The notes beneath the pieces were generated by a model. The model did not search any database. It saw only the letters and a list, made by a program, of their open reading frames with translations, and was not told the origin of the DNA. Shown in pieces: positions 28,101-35,453 of a stretch of 64,000 nucleotides of DNA. Source of the stretch: an uncultured Candidatus Rokubacteria bacterium (lineage in GTDB: Bacteria > Methylomirabilota > Methylomirabilia > Rokubacteriales > CSP1-6); NCBI GenBank assembly GCA_963840495.1, contig CAWIZN010000044.1:194055-258054 (forward strand), in the 5' to 3' direction. Made by a program: the position numbers and the translations under genes. The stretch's first letter is position 1. Each line of letters starts with the position of its first letter.

Positions 28101-29511
28101 GCGATTGTATAAACGGGCTCGGCCATGCCGCGATGGAATTGCGATAGGGTTTGTCGTCACGATTACCGGGCAGAGGAACCTCCGTCGATTCCATCGTGTG
28201 ATTGCTAGACGGTTTCTCAACGCGAGCAAGCGCCGGCTGATGGAGCAGATAGTTCAGCGTCGAAGAGATGGCCGCGCCTCTCGAGACGTCATCCCAGTGG
28301 CGGTGAGGGCCATGGTCGATTCAGCTCGGCAGAAGCCGGCGGCTGACTGGGATAGGCTCGGGCGAGGAGACGAGGCTATCGATGCGTGCCATCTGCTCAC
28401 CAGATGGATCGAAACGTGGATACCGTCGACGAACGATTGTCCGCTTGGCCCGGTATTCGAGTGCCGGATGGCGCCTGGCGGGGTCCGATGTCTGCTGGGA
28501 TCGGGTCACCGCGGTCGAGCTGGTCGGTGAGCGGGACACGTACGACCTGCACGTCGAGGAGGACCACAACTTCATCGCCAATGATCTCGTGGTGCACAAC
28601 TCGCACGCGGCGAGCTTTGCGCTGCTCGCGTATGCCAGCGCCTACCTCAAGCGGCATCATCCGGCCGCGTTCTACGCCGCGCTCCTCAACAATCAGCCGA
28701 TGGGGTTCTATCACCCGGCCACCATCGTGCGGGACGCCCAGCGGCACGGGCAGGTGATCCATCCCGCCGACGTCAACTTCTCGGGATGGCTCTGCGCCAT
28801 CGAGCCCGACGAGGCGGTGCGGCTCGGGCTGCGCTACGTCAAGGGCTTGAGAGAGGAAATGGGCAAGCGCATCGAGGAGGAGCGCCGGCGGGGGCCCTTC
28901 GCCTCGGCGGCCGATCTGGTCAAGCGCACGGAGGTGCGCCGCGACGAGCTGACCCAGCTCGCCCGGGTCGGCGCCCTCGCGAGCCTCGAGCCCGAGCGGC
29001 GCGCGGCGCTCTGGGACGCCGAGCGCGCCGTCCGTCCTCGCGGGGTCTTGTATGACGCGCTCCCGGATCCCCGGAGGCCTCCCCACTTCGGGTGATGACG
29101 CCGGGAGAGCTGATCGTCGCGGATTACGAGGGCACCGGCTTGAGCCTGGGGCCTCATCCGATGGAGTTTCACCGGGCGCGGCTCGACCGGATGCGCGCGT
29201 CGCGGGCGTCGGATCTGGCGACGATGCCCCACGGCATCCTCGTGCGCGTGGCGGGCGCGGTGGTGGTGCGCCAGCGTCCGGGCACCGCCAAGGGCTTCGT
29301 CTTCCTGAACCTGGAGGACGAGACCGGGCTCATGAACGTGATCGTGCGCCCCGCCCTGTTCCACCGCTACCGGCTCGCGCTGGTGAACGAGCCGTTCCTC
29401 TACGTGGAAGGCACGCTCCAGCACCAGGACAATGTCGTCTCCGTCAAGGCCGAGCGCCTCGCCCCGCTGCGCCACCGCCTCACGCCGGTTCCCTCTCACG
29501 ACTTCCACTGA
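25140..29511 (+). pseudogene. dnaE2: error-prone DNA polymerase III alpha-like DnaE2, intein-containing, multiple frameshifts as sequenced
   Basis: The PHP start is MYVELHARSAFSFLEATPLPEALAERAAQLEQPAVALVDADGLYG. It continues through track ORFs 25543.., 26081.. (GRGSAANSAVCYALGLTAVDP...PDIDLDLPS...), 26859.. (GVFQVESRAQMATL...IIRPGPI...), 28382.. (SHAASFALLAYASAYLKRHHPAAFYAALLNNQPMGFY...) and 29092..29511 (OB-fold end). Extein frame changes are near 25540, 26050, 26820 and 29070. It sits directly after imuA-imuB. Confidence 0.9.
27336..28600 (+). mobile_element. intein with LAGLIDADG homing-endonuclease domain inside DnaE2
   Basis: The N-extein/intein junction is YGFPE|CVVGETRVIDADTGGWVRIEDIV (Cys1 at 27336). 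The dodecapeptide motifs are LIVLADLIAEGNL and LGLLLARLWEGDGSL. The C-terminal block is TYDLHVEEDHNFIANDLVVHN|SHAAS (Asn at 28598-28600, +1 Ser). The region is visibly AT-richer than its flanks. There are two internal frame changes, near 27820 and 28420. Confidence 0.85.
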
Positions 29512-29771
29512 GGCGCGGCGACGGCCGTGCATCTCACGCCGGTGGGACAAAGCTGGACCGTGGGGGGATGGGGGCTGCCGGCGCATCGGCCGCCACCCGG
29601 CGAGGGCGCCTGCTCGGCCCCGCAGGCGATGCACCACGCCACCCCCTCGGCGAGGAGCCGAGCCTTCATCCGGTAAAACGTCGGACGCTCAGCCGCATCG
29701 CCTACACGCCTTGTGCCGCTAACTGAATCTTTCCCGTCAGCACGGCTCGAGCAGCCAACGGCCGCCGCCAC

Positions 29772-29800
29772 GAGGTGACGGAATTTCCCGCCGTCACCTC
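29772..29800. other. perfect 10-bp stem hairpin (gaggtgacgg / ccgtcacctc, 9-nt loop)
   Basis: Arms at 29772-29781 and 29791-29800. The hairpin lies at the boundary where GC content drops, downstream of dnaE2. Confidence 0.5.
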
Positions 29801-29876
29801 ATGGCAGCCGAGCGCGCGCGTCACTTCTTGGGGGGTGGGGTGCCGACGCTCGTGCAGCGTGGGTCGAGAAAATCAG

Positions 29877-30407
29877 TCAGGCTCTTCGTGCCAGCTCGTT
29901 GGTCACGTAGGTCGTGAAGAGCTGCGCACCTGGGCGAACCTCATACGCAGCGATGAGAACCGCGAAGAGAGTCTTGTTGGCGCAGAGAAATCCGGCAAGC
30001 TCCGGGACCGAGTTGATGTCGGTCTGCCACTCGAGATCGTCGAGGATGCTCCTGCGTAGCCCGTTGGGTCGCTCGGCTTCGTGAAGATCAGGCCGGCGGC
30101 CGGCGTGCAACGCCGCGATGACCGAGTCGATGAAGGCGCTCGACGCGCCGTCGAGGGTGTTCAGTTCGGCAAGACAGGCAGTCTTGGCCGCCGCCAGGGC
30201 TGCCTCCTTGGCCGGGCTGTTCTGGATGTTGGCAAATAGGAATTGCTTGGCGCACATCCTGAACGACCCCGAGTTCCCTGCCGAGGAAGTCCTGCTGAGC
30301 GTCCATGATCGCGATCTCACAGTTCTGATCTTTGTCTGCTTCGCTGCGGGCAGTGCGGTCGCCTGGCCGGCCGACGTCGCGAGGACACCGGCGAAGACGA
30401 GCGTCAT
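29877..30407 (-). CDS. hypothetical protein with signal-peptide-like N-terminus (lower-GC island)
   Basis: 176-aa track ORF, MTLVFAGVLATSAGQATALPAA...; I recognise no family. The middle 30 aa are odd (basic, Ser/Arg-rich). An overlapping frame (ORF 30088..30477) reads more protein-like there (CEIAIMDAQQDFLGRELGVVQDV), so two compensating frameshifts are possible. Confidence 0.35.
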   Translation of the reverse strand: MTLVFAGVLATSAGQATALPAAKQTKIRTVRSRSWTLSRTSSAGNSGSFRMCAKQFLFANIQNSPAKEAALAAAKTACLAELNTLDGASSAFIDSVIAALHAGRRPDLHEAERPNGLRRSILDDLEWQTDINSVPELAGFLCANKTLFAVLIAAYEVRPGAQLFTTYVTNELARRA

Positions 30408-30771
30408 AGCCGGGACGAGCGTGAGTCTGATCGCGCATTCGACTCCTCCTTCCGTCGCTGTTCGATCCGGTCGTCACTGTGACACGAGCCGCCGGATGCC
30501 TGGGGGCAGGACCTCCAACGAAGGGATTGGCGGCGTCGGCTCGACAGTCGAACGCACACTTGGCGATTCGTCCAAAGGGAGCCGTGGCTGATCGCGGACC
30601 AAGTTAGGCCGAGGAAAGATCGGTCTCAATGCGTGCCAAGTCGGATACAGGTTGCGGCAGGCGGTAAACAGGCCCTCAGGCGCGATCTACACGGCTCCCG
30701 TCGCTGAGCACCGCTCACCGCAGTTCCTCCCAAGAGTCTCATCGACCCTGTTCGCCAGAGCGCCTGAACAC

Positions 30772-30835
30772 CAGCCGATCGGGTTCTATCACGGCCACCA
30801 TCGTGCGGGATGCCCAGCGGCACGGGCAGGTGATC
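30772..30835 (+). repeat. dnaE2-derived direct repeat / gene relic (copy of 28694..28759)
   Basis: cagccgatcgggttctatcacggccaccatcgtgcgggatgcccagcggcacgggcaggtgatc matches dnaE2 28694-28759 with 2 substitutions and a 2-bp gap. That dnaE2 segment encodes NQPMGFYHPATIVRDAQRHGQVI. Weaker similarity extends ~20 bp on each side. Confidence 0.75.
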
Positions 30836-30968
30836 GATGCACCTCCGTGAGAACTGCCGTAGCGTCATGACCCGGAGCAGACCGCGCGCCCGATCCATCA
30901 GGAACGCGAGGACCGTTCCTGGTAGAGTGGCCGGGAAACCCGAGCCCAACGACGAGGGGAGACTGCGC

Positions 30969-32984
30969 ATGGAGCCTCGCGAGGAGACGATGTCGGTCGG
31001 CGGTGTCGACGTCCACGTGTGGACAGGCGGGCGCGGCGATCCGCTGCTGGTGCTGCACGGCGCCGGCGGCAATCGCGGCTTCACGCGATGGCTCCGGCAG
31101 GTGGCGGAGCGCTACACGGTGTGGGCGCCCACGCATCCGGGCTTCGGGCGATCGGGCGACGCGGACTGGATGGAGACGGTCGACGACCTCGCGCGGTTCT
31201 ACCTCTGGTTCATCGAGGCCGCCGGTCTCGGCCGCCCCCACCTGCTCGGCCAATCGATCGGCGGGTGGACGGCGGCGGAGATGGCGGCCATGAGCCCGCG
31301 CGCGATCGACCGGCTCGTGCTGGTGTCGCCCGCCGGGCTCAAGCCCGAGACCGGCGAGATCCTCGACGTCTTCTACTACCCGGCGCTGCAGCTCCGGGCG
31401 ATGACCGTCCACGACCCGAAGACGATTCCCGAGTGGGAGGAGCTCTACGGCCGGCCGCCGACGCCCGCCGAGATGGAGATCGCCACGCGCAACCAGGAAA
31501 TGACGGCGCGCCTGGCGTGGAAGCCCTACATGCACAATCCGCGGCTCGCGCATTTCCTGCCGCGCGTGACGAACCCGGCGCTGATCGTGTGGGGGCGTGA
31601 GGACCGCATCGTGCCCGTCGAGTGCGGCGAGCAGTACCGCCGGCTCCTGCCGAACGCCACGCTGTCCGTGCTCGAGGGCTGTGGCCACCTGCCGCCCATC
31701 GAGCAGCCCGACGCCGTCGCGCGCCTCGTGATCGACTTCCTGGGAAGGGGCCCGGCCATGAAGCTCTACTACTTCAGCGAGATGCCGCATCACGAGTTCC
31801 CCGACGAGGAGGGCCTCAAGTACCCCTCGCTCCGCCTCGAGTTCCCCAACCGCTTCTTCAACCCCGCCATCGCCGCGTCGAACTACCAGCGCTATCTGGA
31901 CGAGTACGAGCTCGCCGATCAGGCGGGCTTCGACGGGCTCATGATCAACGAGCATCACTCCACGCCCTCGTGCGTGAACGTGGGCGTGAACATGACCGCG
32001 GCCGTGCTCGGTCGCATCACGCGGCGGGCGAAGATCCTGCTCCTCGGCAATATCCTGCCCATCGAGGACAACCCCGTGCGCATGGCCGAGCAGATCGCCA
32101 TGGCGGATCTCATCTCCGGCGGCCGCGTGCTCTCGGGCTTCGTGCGCGGCGTCGGCGTCGAGACGTGGTGGGCCAATACCAATCCCGTGCACAATCGCGA
32201 GCGCTTCGAGGAGTGCCACGACCTGGTGCTCAAGTGCTGGACGGAGCCCGGGCCGTTTCGCTGGGAGGGCAAGCACTACCACTTCCGCCACGTCAATCCG
32301 TGGTGCCTGCCGCTTCAGAAGCCGCATCCGCCGATCTGGGTGCCGGGCACGGCGAGCCCGGAGACGGCGATCTGGGCGGGGCAGCGCGGCTACACGTACG
32401 TGCCCTTCCTGGTGCCCTTCGACATCGCCCGCGAGCTCTTCGACTACTATCGTCAGGGCGCCGCCGAGGCCGGGCGCACCGTCACGCCGGACAACCTGGG
32501 CTTTCTCATCTGCGCCGTCACCGCGGACACGCGGGCCAAGGCGCTCGAGGCGGGGCGCCACTTCGTCTGGCGCATGGGGCCGACCCTGCGCGCGCCGCTC
32601 GAGTTCATGTCGCCCGTCGGCATGCGCTCGCGCGCGGGCAATCAGTTCGCCCTGCGCGCCCGGCCGCGCTCGCTCGCCGCGATGAGCTACGAGGAGCTGA
32701 TCGCCGAGCACTTCATCATCGCGAGCACGCCCGACGAGGTGGCCGACCGCTTCGCGTACATCCAGAAGGAGCTCGGCATCGGCCATCTCCTCCTCGAGGC
32801 CCAGGAGTCGCGGATGGACCACCCGACGACGATGCGCTCGATCGAGCTCATGGGCGCCAAGGTCATCCCCGCGATGGGCGCGCTCGCCTGCAGGATCGCC
32901 TCGGCATTCCGAGCCATCGCCACGCGAGTGGCGCCCGCCTTGCGGAACCACTCGTCGATCACCGCGTCGTGCCGTCGGCCGTAG
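30969..32984 (+). CDS. alpha/beta-fold hydrolase fused in frame to an LLM-class flavin/F420-dependent oxidoreductase
   Basis: ATG at 30969 after GAGGGGAG. Residues 1-263 are hydrolase-like: ...PLLVLHGAGGN...HLLGQSIGGWTAAEMAA...GCGHLPPIEQP (GxSxG elbow and a C-terminal His). This runs directly into FLGRGPA-MKLYYFSEMPHHEFPDEEGLKYPSLRLEFPNRFFNP...DGLMINEHHSTP... (luciferase-like). There is no stop in frame. A TGA at the junction exists only in the +1 frame (ccATGAag). Confidence 0.75.
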   Translation: MEPREETMSVGGVDVHVWTGGRGDPLLVLHGAGGNRGFTRWLRQVAERYTVWAPTHPGFGRSGDADWMETVDDLARFYLWFIEAAGLGRPHLLGQSIGGWTAAEMAAMSPRAIDRLVLVSPAGLKPETGEILDVFYYPALQLRAMTVHDPKTIPEWEELYGRPPTPAEMEIATRNQEMTARLAWKPYMHNPRLAHFLPRVTNPALIVWGREDRIVPVECGEQYRRLLPNATLSVLEGCGHLPPIEQPDAVARLVIDFLGRGPAMKLYYFSEMPHHEFPDEEGLKYPSLRLEFPNRFFNPAIAASNYQRYLDEYELADQAGFDGLMINEHHSTPSCVNVGVNMTAAVLGRITRRAKILLLGNILPIEDNPVRMAEQIAMADLISGGRVLSGFVRGVGVETWWANTNPVHNRERFEECHDLVLKCWTEPGPFRWEGKHYHFRHVNPWCLPLQKPHPPIWVPGTASPETAIWAGQRGYTYVPFLVPFDIARELFDYYRQGAAEAGRTVTPDNLGFLICAVTADTRAKALEAGRHFVWRMGPTLRAPLEFMSPVGMRSRAGNQFALRARPRSLAAMSYEELIAEHFIIASTPDEVADRFAYIQKELGIGHLLLEAQESRMDHPTTMRSIELMGAKVIPAMGALACRIASAFRAIATRVAPALRNHSSITASCRRP

Positions 32985-33004
32985 AACCCTGGTACCTTGG
33001 GGCG

Positions 33005-34018
33005 ATGGCTCCGCTCGTCCACTACACGCCGCCCGCGCCCGTCTCGACGGAGTACCGCGTCGGGCTCTGCGCCTGGCAGGACAAGAGCATGGTCGACGAG
33101 GGGACCTTCTACCCCATCAAGAGCATGAAGGCGGAGGAGCGCCTCTGGTGGTACAGCCGCTTCTTCGATTGCGTCGAGGTCAACTCGACCTTCTACGCCC
33201 CGCTGTCCGCTCAGAACGCGGTGCTGTGGGCGAAGCGGACGCCGCCCGGCTTCCTGTTCAGCGTCAAGGCCTATGCGCTCCTCACCGGGCACCACCTCGA
33301 CGCAGGAAGGCTGCCCGAGCCGCTCGCCGGGATGCTGCCGGCGGCCGCGAAGGCGGACGCGCGCGGCCGGATCGACAATGCCGTCTTCCCCGCCGAGGCC
33401 CGCGACTGGGCATTCGCCACGTTCCGCGAGGCGCTGCGGCCGCTCGCCGACGCGGGCAAGCTCGGCTATGTCCTGTTCCAGATGGCGCCGTGGTTCCGCC
33501 ATGGCCGTGAGTCGCTCGACTATCTCGCGACCCTTCCCGAGCGGCTGCCCGGGATCACCGTCGCCGTCGAATTTCGGGACGCCTCGTGGCTGCCGGGCCA
33601 CACCGACGAGGTGCTGCGCTTCCTGGTCGAGCGCGGGCTCACCTATGTCTCGGTGGACGCGCCGCACACCCCCGCCAACGTGTCGAGCGACCTCGCGCTG
33701 ACGTCGCCGGTCGCCGTGATCCGGCTCCACGGGCGCAATGTGCAGGGCTTCATGAAGCAGCTCCGCGGGCAGGCGCCGACCGTGGCCGAGAAGTACGGCT
33801 ATCTGTACGATTCGAAGGAGATCGCGGAGATCGTCGCCCGCGGCCGCGGGCTCGACGGGCAGGCGAGCCGCATCTACTTCAAGCTGAACAACAATGTCGG
33901 CGATGCCCCCGCCATCAATGGCATCCAGATCCGGGAGCTGCTCGGCCAGGACACGGCCGACCGCGCCCAGGTGGAGGCGGAGTGGCGACAGCGCCGGCGC
34001 CCCGCCCGCCGATCGTGA
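33005..34018 (+). CDS. DUF72 (UPF0759) family protein
   Basis: ATG at 33005 (in frame within track ORF 31622..34018): ...VGLCAWQDKSMVDEGTFYPIKSMKAEERLWWYSRFFDCVEVNSTFYAPLSAQNAVLWAKRTPPGFLFSVKAYALLTGH...VAVEFRDASW... This is the characteristic DUF72 pattern. Confidence 0.8.
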   Translation: MAPLVHYTPPAPVSTEYRVGLCAWQDKSMVDEGTFYPIKSMKAEERLWWYSRFFDCVEVNSTFYAPLSAQNAVLWAKRTPPGFLFSVKAYALLTGHHLDAGRLPEPLAGMLPAAAKADARGRIDNAVFPAEARDWAFATFREALRPLADAGKLGYVLFQMAPWFRHGRESLDYLATLPERLPGITVAVEFRDASWLPGHTDEVLRFLVERGLTYVSVDAPHTPANVSSDLALTSPVAVIRLHGRNVQGFMKQLRGQAPTVAEKYGYLYDSKEIAEIVARGRGLDGQASRIYFKLNNNVGDAPAINGIQIRELLGQDTADRAQVEAEWRQRRRPARRS

Positions 34019-34035
34019 TCGGCCCTGAATCGGCG

Positions 34036-34044
34036 TGCTAGAAT
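34036..34044 (+). promoter_or_regulatory. extended -10 promoter element TGcTAGAAT upstream of the FmdB-GNAT-GT4 operon
   Basis: TGCTAGAAT at 34036-34044. An SD (GGGGAGGA, ~34069) and the GTG start at 34084 lie downstream. The -35 region is weak. Confidence 0.4.
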
Positions 34045-34083
34045 CACGCATCAAAAAGCCGAAGTCCCGGGGAGGACCACCGA

Positions 34084-34479
34084 GTGCCGATCTACGAGTA
34101 TGACTGTCGGGGATGTCGTCGCCGGGTGAGCATCCTGGTGCGCTCCCTGTCCAGCCAGGAGGCCCCCCGATGTCCGCGCTGCGATAGCGCCGAGCTGCAC
34201 CGCCTCATGTCCCGCTTCGCCACCGTCAAATCCGAAGACGCCCGCCTCGACTCCCTGTCCGACCCCTCCCAGTTCGGAGACCTCGACGAAAACGACCCCC
34301 GCAGCGTCGCGCGCATGATGAAGCGCATGGGCGACGAGATGGGGGAGGATCTCGGCGAGGACCTCGAAGGGGCGATGGACGAGGCCATGGCCGAGGGCGA
34401 CGGCGATGGCCAAGGCGCCGGAATGTACGGCGATGGCGAGGGAAGCATGGCCGACGCGGCGGGTGCCGATGAAGGTTGA
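34084..34479 (+). CDS. FmdB-family zinc-ribbon putative regulatory protein with acidic tail
   Basis: MPIYEYDCRGCRRRVSILVRSLSSQEAPRCPRCDSAELHRLMS is the CxxC_CxxC_SSSS zinc-ribbon signature (YEY.C..C). The C-terminal half is Asp/Glu/Gly-rich. Confidence 0.8.
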   Translation: MPIYEYDCRGCRRRVSILVRSLSSQEAPRCPRCDSAELHRLMSRFATVKSEDARLDSLSDPSQFGDLDENDPRSVARMMKRMGDEMGEDLGEDLEGAMDEAMAEGDGDGQGAGMYGDGEGSMADAAGADEG

Positions 34480-35453
34480 CGTCCTGCCGGCGCTGACCGG
34501 CCTCGACGAAGCGTCCTGGAACGGCTTGCTCGATCGCTCGGTGGCGCCGTCCGTCTTCCTCACCTGGACGTGGCAGACGGAGTGGGCGCGCGCCTTCACT
34601 CCCGATCATTCGCTGCAGATCCTCGCGGTCACGGGCGACGACGGCGGCCTCGCCGGCCTCCTGCCGCTCTACGAAGACGGGCCGGAGCGGCTTCGCGTCC
34701 TCGGCGGGGTCGACGTCTCCGACTATCTCGACCTGATCGCCCCGGCGGGCAGCGAGGAAGACGTCTGGCAGGCCCTCTTGCAGCACCGCGCCGCGCAACG
34801 GGTCGAGTGGGACCTCCACGCCGTCCGCGCGGCATCGCCCACCGCCGAGATCCTGCCCCGGATCGCGCCGTCCTGGGGGCTGCGCGTGGTCGCCGAGGTC
34901 GAGGAGCGCTGCCCGGTGCTGGCGCTGCCCGCGACGTGGGACGAATACCTGGCGCGGCTGTCCGGCAAGGATCGCCACGAGCTCAAGCGGAAGATGCGCA
35001 AGCTCGAGCGCGAGCTGCCCGCCGTCACCGTGAGCGTCCATGCGGGCGCCGAGGGATGGGACGAGGCGCTCGGCCGGTTCCTCACCCTCCACCGGCTGTC
35101 CAAGGTCGGCAAGGCGCGCTTCATGGACGCGCGCATGGAGCGCTTCTTCCGCGACGTCACCCTCGTCGCTCGCGCGCAAGGGCTGGGGGCGGCTGTGGTT
35201 TCTCGAGTCCGAGGGCGTCCCCGTGGCGAGCTTTCTCTGCGCGGAGCATGGCGGCAGCGTCGGGCTGTACAATTCGGGCTTCGATCCCGCGCACGCGCGC
35301 CTGGCGCCGGGGATCGTGCTGCTCGCCCACATGATTCGGGACGCCATCGAGCGCGGCGTGCCCGTCTTCGACTTCCTGCGCGGCGAGGAGTCGTACAAGC
35401 GGGACTTCGGGCCGACGCCTGAGCCGCTCCTCAATATCCGGATCTTGCCGTGA
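34469..35453 (+). pseudogene. GNAT-fold acetyltransferase of the CelD/BioF2-like (FemAB-like) type, one frameshift
   Basis: MKVDVLPALTGLDEASWNGLLDRSVAPSVFLTWTWQTEWARAF...LSGKDRHELKRKMRKLE... continues in track ORF 35040..35453 (...GWGRLWFLESEGVPVASFLCAEHGGSVGLYNSGFDPAHARLAPGIVLLAHMIRDAIERGVPVFDFLRGEESYKRDFG...). The shift is near 35165. Confidence 0.7.

Noticed and set aside
29496-29771. Transposase/IS remnant (ORF with ...ERPTFYRMKARLLAEGVAW..., reminiscent of IS630/IS481 HTH '..TVYRW..R...EG')
   Set aside because: The similarity is a handful of residues. There is no DDE domain and there are no inverted repeats. It is mentioned only as weak context for the island hypothesis.
30789-32951. 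Long antisense ORFs: 30789..32951(-), 34226..36667(-), 5777..7240(-), 8017..9285(-), 11866..13515(+), 53655..55676(+), 57687..59219(-), 42834..43895(-), 45727..47046(-)
   Set aside because: These are shadow ORFs opposite well-supported genes. Their translations are low-complexity (R/G/A/P/D/H-rich) with no recognisable motifs. GC-rich genomes lack stop codons on the antisense strand.
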